64,000 nt of DNA, taken from Camelus dromedarius (taxonomy: Eukaryota). Positions 1 through 11,560 of this stretch are shown here, piece after piece. Made by a program: the position numbers and the translations under genes. How positions within the stretch are numbered: the stretch's first letter is position 1; each line of letters opens with the position of its first letter. The stretch is taken from assembly GCF_036321535.1 (NCBI RefSeq), contig NC_087442.1, forward strand, positions 36,146,001-36,210,000. Reading direction: 5' to 3'. Under the pieces are notes generated by a model. The model had not been told where the DNA came from. It worked only from the letters and a program-made list of their open reading frames with translations, and did not search any database.

Positions 1-1074
1 GAGGGTCCCAGATGCTGGGGTGTGTGGTGAGGGATGGAGGGCATGGAGAGGCCCTAGATAATATGAGATTAGGAGTCAGAATGAGACAGTAGTGTCAGAA
101 GCTATTTGCTAAGACTCCAATACGAGAGGTGGGAGAAGTTAGAAGATCCCAAGTGAGATTTCCAAGCATCCCTGCAAAAACACCAGATCTTGGGGGTCAG
201 GAGTTAAAATATATACTTAATTATTTAAATGTACATAATCCAACTGCTAATTGACACTATTTATATGCCTGTGCAGGTTTTTCAGAATCATGCTTTTACA
301 TCTGAGCAGCTACGAATGATGGGTCAAGATTATCCACCTTTATTTTCCCAAATAGGAGCCAAAATATTCACCTGCATGATTCAACACCAGATGCTGGCCT
401 GCCCACTCCATTTCCAGGCATAGGTATTAGTCACTGGGTCTAACAGGTCAAAAGCAGGAGCAAAGGTTGAGAGGCAAGAAGATGGTACCAGAATGAGTCT
501 CAATTTTACAGCAGTTACTCCAGCCAATTGTTGCTGAGAGAAAAATCAACATGGAAACTTGAATTTGAGAGATGAGAATTCCAAACTGCTAGTTTTTTCT
601 CCTCTCCTCCCTCTCCCCTTTCTTTTGTTGTTTCTATGTATTTTCCATGCAGTTCTGGTAAAATTAAAAATAAGAGTGGGTGCTCAGTGAAACTGTAGGA
701 GGAAGTCATTTAGGCAGGTAATCAACTCACATTATCATTCCCGCTCTCAGCCAACGCCTTCCCTGGGAACATTCTCAAGCCTGCCGCTATCGCTTTTGGC
801 AACAACTCATTCAGATGCCCTTCAGGTGCTCCCCTTGCTCTGTCCTTGTGAATACCCACACCTAGAACTTACCAAGGTGAACTGCAAAATTGTCTGTTTA
901 ACTGTTGGGCTTCTTGTGAGTAGAGCCTTGTTTTTTCTGTATTCTCAGGATCTAAGTGCCTGGGATATAGAAGGTCAATGTCACTATCCCACAGCCATTG
1001 TATACACAGCGTGGCCACATCGATGTTCCACTTTTGGTTAATAGTGTTACTATCCAACCTGCAGTTTAAATGTT

Positions 1075-1185
1075 ATCCATTCAACAATGGTTATTGTGTG
1101 TCCACAACACAGTAGGCACTGCCCCGGGCACTAGGAATACAGAGGTGAACTAGACAGGTGATTCCTGCCCTCAAGGAACTGGCAG
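1075..1185 (-). mobile_element. L2 LINE 3' end fragment
   Basis: ccattcaacaa...gtaggcactg...ggaatacagaggtgaactagacag...cctgccctcaaggaact resembles the reverse complement of the L2 3' terminus. Confidence 0.65.
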
Positions 1186-1339
1186 GTGAGTTTCTATTTG
1201 AAAGTTGATGGACTAGCCCCTCTTTATGAAACCAGTAAGTGAGCAATGTCGCTACAGTCACTGTAAGGTCCCCTGCCTTCTCATCATTGCCTTGGTTCGG
1301 ATAGTCCTTGTCTCTCCAAATCTGGTGGACTGGATGGCT

Positions 1340-1767
1340 GGTTGCAGTTCTTCAGTGCTCCATGGGGGTAGTATAGCTACATCCTTGCCGTGACCTCATG
1401 GGGAGTGAAGCATGAAGGAGAACCTGCCCTTCAACTTTTGACTTGGCCAAGTGATTTGCTTGGGCCAGTGAGATGTGTTCATGGATGTGAAGTGAGCAGA
1501 GACCTGACTGTGGCATATGTGGATTGGATTAGGCTCTTGCATTCTGCCTTCAGCATGAGATGAAGTATATAAGCTGGGCAGCCACTACCCCTTCTTTGTC
1601 GGTCCCACAATGAGGTATATGAAGTACAGTTTCCCTACCTAGCCCACAGAATTACAGCTTAAAATAACCACCCTGTCTGACCTATAGACCTATGAGTATA
1701 AGAAGAACTTCTCAGCTGTTGGGATTATTTATTACACAGCACTCGTGTAGTAATAGCTGACTAAGAA
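1340..1767 (+). mobile_element. ERVL-MaLR solo LTR, MLT1H/I/J-like
   Basis: gacttggccaagtgatttgcttgggccagtgagatgtg core and ttattacacagca...aatagctgactaaga 3' end typical of old MLT1 LTRs. Confidence 0.75.
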
Positions 1768-1794
1768 ACCAACTATTGAATTAACTTACCTCCC

Positions 1795-2400
1795 AGCTTC
1801 AAAACCTTCTCACTTTCCAAATGTCCTCCAACACAGATCTGACTGTATCATTCTTGCTTTTAATCAGTTTGTAGTTGTCCATTGCCTGCCTTGTAAAGTC
1901 TCCTAATCTCAGCAAGATGTTCAGATTTCTCTTTAATTAACCTAACATACTTTTCCTGCTTTACCCCCATGTCTTCACCCTGCACCAGCCCTAAGCTCCA
2001 CATATCCTGAACTGTCCACCATTCCTTGTATATGCCATTAACGCTTTCCCAGTGAAGTGTTTGCTCATCCCCGTTCCTTCTGCCAGAAATGTCTTCCTCC
2101 ATCTGCCTGGTGAATTTCTTTAAGATTTTGCACAAGTGCCACCTCAGTACGATGGTTACCATCTATCTCCCTTTCTTTCAGAATGAAATTCTGCATCTCT
2201 GCCCCCACAGCATGGAATTCAAAATTTCTTTTAGAAAATATCTTCTATCTGTAGACTAGTAGTTTATTTACAAATCTGTCTTTCTAAATGAAGTAAATAT
2301 ATATCATTGGGAGCAAGAACTACAGTTTTAAATATTAATATCCTCCGGATGCTTTTTCAGTAATATCTGCCCAGTCATTTGGGGTTGAATGATGAATGAG
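1795..2400 (+). mobile_element. L2 LINE 3' region, degraded
   Basis: Pyrimidine-rich; tttgctcatccccgttccttctgccagaaatgtcttcc motif; ends in gttgaatgatgaatga L2-like tail. Confidence 0.65.
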
Positions 2401-4039
2401 TAATGGCCAGAAATATTTAATTCAGTCATAATTTATAAGGGCTCACCTGGCTGATAAGCTGAATTAATTTGAACCATTTTGATGTGGGATGGTCACCATT
2501 GTTTAATTCTTAGAGATCATAGGTACTAAATATTTTACAGTCTACAGAATAGTTTCCTTGCCCAAAATTCTAACAGATCTTATTGAGAAGCAGTTCCAGA
2601 CCCTTCATTCTGAATCTCTTCTTCAGATGTCAAAACTTTGAGGGAGTTACAAACTGATTTTGCTATTCATTTCTTAAGAAAAATAAAAATTATTTTTCCA
2701 TATCTATAGCTTTTTATAAGATGAATGGAAAGTCTCAAAGACATTGTACAGTTGCAAAATAAATGAAATTTCTCTTTTCCAAGGAGAGTGGTTGGAACCT
2801 TTAGTTTAAAAAAAAAATCCCTGTTTTATTTTTTTCACGTTCACTCATTTCTTAAATCACTCTTAGGTCTGCTTAACCCACATGCCCTGGTCATCTGTGA
2901 GGTATTCTGTTTCCTCCCTAGACTTGTTTCCAGGCCGGTGGGGAAAATAATGTCGATAATGGTGTTTATCCGTCCACAAGATGGTCACCAAGAGACCTTC
3001 CAGTGCAGAGGACAAACGTGCCTTCGGGCAGTCCATCCCATTTAGTGACTGTTCTCTCCCCAGACACGACCAAGAACCACGTGCCTGTGTAGCATGTCAA
3101 ATAGTAAATGTGAGCACATCGTGCAGTTTACAAAAAATATCGTTTGCATTTTACCTTTACCTCCCCAATTTCTCTTAAATTAGAAAAAAAATATTCCCCA
3201 AGAGTATCGTTAAGAAAGTAGGAAGATCTGAGCCTTGCCACAGTGATTGTGTGTTTTAAGTGCGGGAGGGAATCACGTCCCTAGAACTCTTCTGGTCCCG
3301 ATTTCCTTATTTCTCATTCACATATCTGCGTGGCTTGGCTGGATTCGAGGTGTATGGCATATGGCTTTTTGCCGCTTGAGATGCCACAGAAGTAAATGTC
3401 ATTGGCATATAATGCCAGATTTCCATTTTTTGAATCACAGAGCATGGCATTCTGTCCAAAAGCTCCCAGGCCTCAGTGTGTTCTTAAAGCAGAAGAAAAG
3501 GATAAGAACCATGTCCCGGAGATGCTCTTCCTATTAAAATGGGTCTATTGCGATAAGAAACGTGTATAAAATGGAGATACTGTTGCCGTCAAGTGTGTTA
3601 GAAAAGGCTGCTTGGCTTGTTCTCCTGGGCACTGGGCAACCCTGGATATTTGCTCCAAGCCTCGACTAAGCAGATACCAATTAGTCCGGAAAGTAGAGTT
3701 GCTTTTGAATGTTTTCAGACAGATAAAATTCACTTGTGCAATGATATGAATAAAAGATACCCATGGTTTTTTGACGCAGTTTAACAAAATTTCGTATTCA
3801 TTAAATTTTCAAGTTCTAGGACTCGTTAGGACAGACGTGGCTGATAAAGGAGCCCTGACGCTGCCACAAACACAGCCTCAGCCTTGGCTTCCCACCTCCA
3901 CCCCTTCTCTCCACTCACCTCCCCATACCTCACCCCCTCCCATGGTTAAGGAATCCAGAGGAGGGTGTGGAAATTCAGAAAGAAAGAATAAGTTCAGTCA
4001 GTAAGTTCAGTAAGTCAAGAGTGTTGACCCTGAACCCAA

Positions 4040-4192
4040 GGAGTGGGGTTCAGACCCTAGTGCCATTATTCCTTTGCAGGGTGATCTTAAGCAGATTAAT
4101 GACCTTCCTCCATTTCTCAGTCTTTTCATCTGTGAAATAATGCAGTTGGAACTTAATGTAGTTGTGAGGGTTAAATGAGCCAATATGAGGCT
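4040..4192 (+). mobile_element. MIR SINE
   Basis: ctcagtcttttcatctgtgaaataatg...gttgtgagggttaaatgag matches the MIR core. Confidence 0.75.
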
Positions 4193-4384
4193 GCGCACAT
4201 GAAATGGACAATATTTGACCATTTCTGAATTGAAAAAATACATATGGAAAGCATCTGGGCCATTTCCATGAGAATTACACAATGCTCTAGACGAGGTGTG
4301 GGAGGCATGAATTCCAGTCCAGGTCTGCCTCTTGTTTAGTATGTGACCCTGGGCGGTTCTCCTACGTCTGCGCTCACCACCCCT

Positions 4385-4915
4385 CTCCTCTCTAGACAAA
4401 GCTGGCAGCTGAGCCAGCTTCCTCCTCTGTGCTTTGAACTCTTTCCCTTTTCATCTGCTCTGGGACGCTGCTCGACCAGTGTCCCTTCTAATCATTACAT
4501 CATCAATCTCGTCCTCTGGGACGCTGTCCCCTCACCAGCATATAAATGTACTGAGATCTCTTACATTTTGAAAAACAAATAAATGACTCCTTCTCGAGCC
4601 TCTGTCCACCCCCCACCTCAAGCCAGGTGTCCTCAGATAATTGCCTCTATTTACCATCTCTTCTTTCCACTTCCCATTAACTTATTAATCCACTGCAACC
4701 TGTCTTCTGCCCTCACTAAAAATATAACTAAGCCGAAGGAGAGAAATATGACTCTTAAAAAGTACTAAATTATATTGTTGGTACTTGAAAACCTGTGTAA
4801 GCCACAAAAGCCGCCAGTTTTGACAAAGTCGAAAATGGCCTCCGATGGACATTTTTAAATCTGTCTTCTTTGCCTTCTTTGCCGCACTTGACCCTGTTGG
4901 CCACTCTCTCCTTAA
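4385..4915 (+). mobile_element. L2 ORF2-region fragment (interrupted at about 4715-4810)
   Basis: catcatcaatctc...ccagcatataaat...aatccactgcaacctg...gatggacatttt...tgaccctgttggccactctctcctt follows the L2 ORF2 order. Confidence 0.65.
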
Positions 4916-5309
4916 TAACTTATCTTACTGTGGCTTTGGAAATGAACACACACACGAGATAAATACGTGATACACTCTATATATGAAAGGAAGAAATAAA
5001 ATAATTATCGTTGTTCCAGTTACCAGTGATATTTTTAGACAAAAACATTTTAAAAGGTAACTAAAAATATAATTCAGCTCAAGAAGAGAAATAGGACTGT
5101 AAATTGCACTAAGACGCATTTTGAATACTTAAAAAGCTCTTTAGCCACAGAAGCCATGATTTTTAAGAGGCCAGTGGAGATGGAGAGGAATGGTTGAGTT
5201 GTTCCAATTTAAGACTGGAAAGAAGTCACATTGTTATGAATCTCTGCTCTCATGAAAAAGACAAAAAGACGTCAAAAAACTATAAAAATAAACCTTTTAT
5301 CCTGACTCC

Positions 5310-5700
5310 TGTATACGTATTGGCATCCTCCCTCCTCACTCTTCAATTTTTTTCTCTTCAGCCTAAAAATCTCTCCTATCCTTAAAAATGTTTTTTTCAC
5401 CCATGTTCTTCTTTCAAGTTCCTTGCAGTCTCTTTTTTTCCCTGCACTGCCACATTTTCCAGGGGAGAATGCCATCTCCACTTGCCCACCTCCTCCACTT
5501 GCTGCGGTCTGACATTCACCCAAGTCCACCTACTGAAATTGCTGTATTTAGGTCAGAGTCACCTCCTGAGTGTCAAGTCTGAATGCCTCTTCCCAATGCT
5601 CATCCCTGAAGCATTGGCTCATGTCCCCACCTATGCTTCCTGGGACCCCCTTTGTTCCTTGACTCCCAAAGCGCTGCCACCACCTTTCACTGATCCCCTG
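5310..5700 (+). mobile_element. Second L2 ORF2-region fragment
   Basis: ccacctactgaaattgctgtatttaggtca...tgtcaagtctgaatg resembles the L2 ccactgaaactgctcttgccaaggtcacc segment. Confidence 0.55.
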
Positions 5701-6179
5701 AGCTTAGGCATCTCCTCCAGGCCTTCTTCTTGTTTCTCTCCTATCACCCCCTCCTCCCCACCCACAACCTCTCATCCTCCATCGTCCTTCAACTCTAGGA
5801 GGGGCACCTCGTCGCTTAGACTTGGAACCTTGGAGTGACTGCTGGCTTTCCTCGCTGCTTCTCCTAACAGGTGCCTTTGGATCCCCAGCATGAGAAGGGG
5901 TCCTCTGGCTTCCTGCCACCATCACCTCTTGTGGAGACGGTGTTTATCTTTTCATTGTTCTTCCTGAATCTGGACTTGGCCGACCTATAAGTGCTCGCTT
6001 CCCTAGCTGCCAGAAATACCTTTCTAGAACACAGTTCCTCTAATAACACATTCATTCTCAAAAACCTTGGGCTTCCTCTTCCTACAGCATGAGAACAGAA
6101 ACCCCACATTCTATTGCAAACCACTTTTCTAAATGAAATGTTTGTTGCACTCTGCAACATGCCCCCTACTCACCTGTAA

Positions 6180-6690
6180 TCAATCATACTGATGGCTCCC
6201 CAAGCATGCCTTGCATGTCTAAGTCTCTATCTTTACCCATGTTGCCCCAACAAGGAAGACCCTTCATTCTTTGTGTTGAGAATTTGCCCATCCTTCAAGG
6301 CCCAGCTCAAAGGTTCTGTGGAACCCTTCCAAGGAGGCAGAATTGATTGTTTTCTCTTATGTGCACTTTCTTTTTCCCTTGCTTGTGCCTCTTAACATGC
6401 TTGACCACACACTGAGTTTGAAATGTATTCTTCTTTTAGCCAGTTACCTTGTTTTAAACAGGTCCCTAGCCATCCCTTGTCCCACCTCAAGGCTGCCTTG
6501 AGGCAATGCTGCAGAATCCTGGCAGGACCTATTGAAAACCATGATCTTAGATTATAGTGTAGTTACCTGCACTCTCTCCTTGACTTTGCTCTTGAGAACA
6601 AGGGCGAATACTTTCTCACCTTTCTACCCCAAGATGCCCACCAAAACATTGTATAAGTACTCAACAAAAGTTACTTGGATTGAATTTTCA
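6180..6690 (+). mobile_element. L2 3' region
   Basis: ccatccttcaaggcccagctcaaa...ttgagaacaagggc...aagtactcaacaaaagttacttggattgaat L2 3' end. Confidence 0.65.
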
Positions 6691-6948
6691 TCCAGCCAAT
6701 AATGAAAAAAAAAAAAAAAGAAGAAGCTGATGATGCTTCTTTTTTGAATAAGTTTATCATGTTTTAAGAGGAAATGGCACATTCCAGAACAAACTTTGCA
6801 AACTATAGAACAAATTCAAATTCATTCCATAAGTAAAGGTTATTGTGTGGCTAACATAAGACATGAGAAGGAGTGATACTTCAGAGTGACAATTTCTTTC
6901 AGGACCAGGAAAAAATTAAGGCACTTACAGGAGAAAAGGAACAGAAAT

Positions 6949-6978
6949 TGTGTGTGTGGTGTGTGTGTGTGTGTGTGT
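6949..6978. repeat. (TG)n microsatellite, interrupted
   Basis: Seen directly. Confidence 0.95.
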
Positions 6979-7429
6979 ACCTTAAAAACACCTTTAGATT
7001 TTACTTTGGTGGTACTGAGTGTCTGATAGAAGCCACTTGATTTTTCATGCTAGCATGTGCTCCTGCTTAGACCAGGGCCTGTGATCCTCCCAAACACATT
7101 CACAACCCAAACCAGGCTGAGCCTGGGAGATCTAGCCTCCGGTAGTTCGTGAGGTTGATTACTTTCCACCCTCCCCTCCCTTCCCTTACAGGCAGAAGAC
7201 CTAGAGCTCCTTCTGCAAAAAAGAAAGGAAGAATTGGCAACCACAGTGACATTTAAGGGCCCCTTGCTACCACTTTTCTGGCAGAAACCTTAACATTTCA
7301 GCAGAATTTTAAGAAATACATGAGGACAAATGTCCTCTTGGGAAATTCACCAACAATTGATGGCCCTATTTATAAAGCCATGCAATACAATACAGCTATT
7401 TAGAATCACAGATATTCCAGGGAGAAAAG

Positions 7430-7790
7430 GAAAGATCTGCATATAGATGTTCCTTTCATTGTTATTTACAATAGCAAGAAAATGGAAATTAACTCAGCAG
7501 TTCAGCAATGAAGACATGATAGATTAATTTATGGGCACATTTATTGATATGTTAAAATTTTGGGTCATTTAAAAATGACATTTGTGAATAGTATTTAAAT
7601 ATAGGGAAACATTTTAATATGTTAAATGGGAGAGGGGAGCAGGGTACAAAATTGTACCTTAAGGAAATAAAAATATGAACTAAGAAGGATTAAACATTAA
7701 ATTTGAATAGTTTTAACAATGGGTTCTTCTGCATGGCGTGATTAATTGTATTTTTTTTCTTTTGTTAAGTTTATAACGTTAAGCATTTTC
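7430..7790 (+). mobile_element. Old L1 (L1ME-like) 3' end fragment
   Basis: gatgttcctttcattgttatttacaatagcaagaaaatggaaa... is typical of L1M 3' ends. Confidence 0.6.
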
Positions 7791-7806
7791 TCTACTGAAC
7801 ATGTAT

Positions 7807-8371
7807 TTTTTAATTGAAGTATAGTTGATTTATAATGTGGTGTTAGTTTCTGGTGTACAGCAAAGTGATTCAGTTATGCATATGTATCCACATTCTTTTT
7901 CATATTGTTTTCCATATGGTTTATTACAGGGTGTTGAATATAGTTCCCTATGCTATATAGTAGGACCTCCAGCTTTGATCCTTTTCCTCAGGATGGCTTT
8001 GGCAATTCTGGGTCTTTTATGGTTTCATATAGATTTATGGATTATTTGTTCTAATTCTGCAGAAAATATNNNNNNNNNNNNNNNNNNNNNNNNNNNNNNN
8101 NNNNNNNNNNNNNNNNNNNNNNNNNNNNNNNNNNNNNNNNNNNNNNNNNNNNNNNNNNNNNNNNNNNNNNNNNNNNNNNNNNNNNNNNNNNNNNNNNNNN
8201 NNNNNNNNNNNNNNNNNNNNNNNNNNNNNNNNNAGTCTTTTACCTCCTTGGTCAGGTTTATTCCTAAGATTTTTTTTTTTTTGGATGCAATTTTAAAAGA
8301 GTTTTTTTTTTTACTTCCCTTGTCTGACATTTCATCATTAGTGTAAAGAAATGCAGCAGATTTCTGTATGG
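7807..8371 (-). mobile_element. 5'-truncated, internally deleted younger L1 (ORF2 fragment joined to 3'UTR), spanning an N gap
   Basis: Minus-strand translation IQKSAAFLYTN...LGINLTKEVKD...IFSAELEQII is L1 ORF2. 7807-7968 is a Laurasiatheria-type L1 3'UTR (aattgaagtatagttgatttataatg...). Candidate TSD acatgtat at 7799-7806 and 8372-8379. Confidence 0.92.
8070..8233. other. Assembly gap (164 N)
   Basis: Run of N. Confidence 1.
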
Positions 8372-9034
8372 ACATGTATGTTCTTCTAGTCATTTTTAAA
8401 AACACAGCTTTAATGAGGGTACAGAACAGTCACCAAGTTCCAGTTGTGGTCTGATAAATAGTCCTGGTCCAGAGAGAATTCTTTGACCTCAACACCCAAC
8501 ACTGTAAACTTGGGTTCAGTTTGTTTATCCTTCCTTCAAATAAAGCATGGGTTTGAGCCAGCTGTGCTAGCTCAGCCAGTGCCCTGCATCTTCAGCCTGA
8601 AGTTGATTGGTTCTAAGATCAAAACCCTCTGAGGCTCTATTTGAGGAAGACTCACTAACTGGAAAAAAAGTTCTGAGCAGATGTTGCATCCTTGAAAAAA
8701 GTGAGCCAGTTCCCAGGCAGAGCGGGGCTCAGCACCTGGGCTGCTGTAAAATGGATTTCTGAAGGGGAGGTTTCAAGACTGCTTTCCAGCACACCCTCTG
8801 CTGTCTCAGGCTGGGGATTGCAGGAGTGGGAGGAAGAAGAAATAGGACAAAACATGAGATGAGTCACTGAGATGTTTTCAAAGATACCCTCGTCTCATAA
8901 CTTTATCCATGATGTTGGATAGACTGACAGAGATACTAAGAAGGAATTTGGTAACTTCCCTAGGTGTAAAGGTTTTATATTCTTGGCAGAGGTATCAGAG
9001 ATATCGAGAGATGGTATTCCTAGTGTTGTGTTAA

Positions 9035-9170
9035 TAAATCTGACTCTAAGGAGTTCACTGTGTTGGGATAGCCCTGGAAAGAGATAATTACAAAGTAATG
9101 TGACATGTGCAATAGCAAAAGCCTATACACTGTGTGGAAGTAATTCAGAGGAGGGATTACACAGATGAAG
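9035..9170 (-). mobile_element. L2 3' fragment
   Basis: gactctaaggagttcact...ataattacaaagtaatgtgacatgtgcaatag reverse L2 motif. Confidence 0.55.
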
Positions 9171-11442
9171 GACTCTACTTAGAGGGTTTTAATGTACGAA
9201 TAGAAGCTTACGAGGTGGGCAGAACAGAATTGACTCAGAAAAGATATGAAATACGGTGAACACATGAAGAGAAAACTTAATAAATGGCGTTTTATTACTT
9301 TTATGATATTAAGGCTGTATTCTTGGGTTCTCAAGATTTGAAAGAAACAAGAGGCAACATGTGAGCACATGGAGGTACTTCCTAAACATTAGTTGAATGA
9401 ATTGAGGCCCAATTCCTTACCTAAAAACTAAACTTTTTTTGGTGGAGTAGATTTTTTCCGTGTATGTACAGAGCAACTGAGATGTCTAACACACAATATA
9501 TTCCCCCAAGTATAAGTTATTTATGGTTGAACATATGTGGTTATTTGAAATATTTGCTTCACAATTCTCATGCTTGTCACTGTATTAAGAGAATTATAGG
9601 CAATGCCTTTTGGAAATCATGTTTCATATTTGCCTTGGGATGACTTGGAGGGGGAGCATTTTTGCATGTAAATGGATTGGTTATTGCCCCTTGGGGGCAA
9701 TTTTTATTTATATTATCAAATTAACTCCTTCCTGCAATTACTGGCTTTAAAAAAAATGCAGGCAAGTACTGAGCAATAAAATAAAATTATATCTTGGTCT
9801 GAATTTAATTGCTGCACAAATTAGTTTGCAAAGCTCATTCTTTGTGAGAGTTGGGAATAACCTGTTAATATCATTTGCCTAGGGGTCGTGGTTCACATTT
9901 CAAAGCTCTCTTTAATTAGAAGTAGGATAGAGAACAGTTTGCAAGCAATCTGGCTCGTACAAGCTGATGATATTGAAGGACTGAGTTTAAGGACAAGCCT
10001 GGCCTTGTGGTGGCAGTGCTGGTTTGCCATGGGTAGTCACACTCTGAGTTGGTTTTCCTGGAGAGGTGCCGGGTTGTTGCTGACGTTCACTGGGACTCTG
10101 GGCACATGGTTGTCATGTGACTAGCATCTGACAAAGCCAACTTCTTTACCAAAGAACAAAGTAGAAATAACTGAGTTTAAACAGGACTCATCCTAGAATT
10201 TCCTATGGTGACCCCCTTGGTCCTGTGGGTGTCCTCACCTTGTGGTTTCATGTCTGGCTTTGTACGGACCCCTTCGACTTTCCTCTTAACCCTGAAATTC
10301 CTTCTGCTTTGCCCATCTCCTTCCGTGTCTTAGAACATGACCTCCAGGGAATTGACTGACTAAATCTACTTATCTACTTATCTTCTTGGTTTTGCTCTTG
10401 TTCAGCAAACCCTCCATCCTTCTCCTTCATCCCCAGTTTACCCTGTTCTGTTGCAATTGTAATCCCTGTTATAACAGGAGACCAGGACGCATGGGTTGTC
10501 TGTGAATCTGAAAGCAGAAAGACCACAGAAAGTAAGGACATCAAATGTTAACCATTTGATAAAACAATAGATTTAACCTCTACCAACTGCAATGAAATAT
10601 CAGTCCTTTTATTAAGATTATCAGAAACTAAATTTTTTTTCTAGAAAGATGGAATTATTTGCATGTGAAATTACATGTTTCAGAATTGGGAGAGGTTTAC
10701 TTATGCATTAGCTCTGAAAACCAAGAAGAACGTGATGACAGCCCAGAAGCGTCCCTTTTCCTAATGGTGAGGAAGCTGTTTCCCATTTCACATCATCTAA
10801 AGAATATGCTACCATTGGCCCAGTAACTTTTTGCCACCATATTGCCAGTAGACATGTTTGGCAAGGCTGAGCTGAGGATTTTGGCATTTTCATTTTTCCT
10901 TTTGGCATAATTTTTCAATCCAGAATGCACTTCCATGGTATTTTTGAAAAAATTGAGTTGGCAACTCGATAAGCTTTCAGAATTTCACCAGCCGTTCCTT
11001 TGAAGGCAGTCAGAATAAGAAATGCATCATGTCAGGCCTTGCTCTTCTGGCCCCCATGTTCTCAGGTCAGCTCAGTTCATTTGGTCAAGTCTTTCACACC
11101 CTAAGAACTTCTAGACCTTGTCTCTCCAACCCTATGAATGTAAGTCATGGTCATCACCTGTCAGAGGCCAATGCAGCCTCTTGAAGAGGGCAGAAGAAAT
11201 GCATGGGTTGGAGACCTATTTATAGATGGCTTTGCATTTTGTGGATCTGCTTTTATTTCAGTGTTTGGAGGATTTACTTATATTTCAGGCATTTTTAAGG
11301 GAAATGTAAAAATAGCAAAGTTCAGGGAAATTAACTAATTCATATTAATGCTTCATAATATGAGTTACAAAGTATAACTCAGTCTTAGGATGCTATTGGA
11401 ACGATCTCAGCTGTTCTAGGCAGTTTGCCTATGGGAGCTCTG

Positions 11443-11560
11443 AGGCATGGTGTGGTACCCTGCTCGTGGTGCTTTACAGACAGACACCTGACTTTGAATC
11501 CTGAGTCTACCACTTACTGGATGGTGACTATAGACATAGTCTTTCACTGTCCATACCTCC
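11443..11560 (+). mobile_element. MIR SINE 5' part
   Basis: cagacagacacctgactttgaatcctgagtctaccacttactggatggtgac. Confidence 0.65.

Noticed and set aside
4925-5300. AT-rich insertion between two L2 fragments
   Set aside because: Probably a decayed L1 or DNA-transposon piece, but I could not assign a family.
10478-10531. 54-nt cassette-exon candidate (acag|GAGACC...GAAA|gtaagg), open in two frames
   Set aside because: The donor is moderate (AAA|GT), several competing upstream AGs exist, and neither peptide (ETRTHGLSVNLKAERPQK or DQDAWVVCESESRKTTE) is recognisable. It cannot be distinguished from a pseudo-exon.
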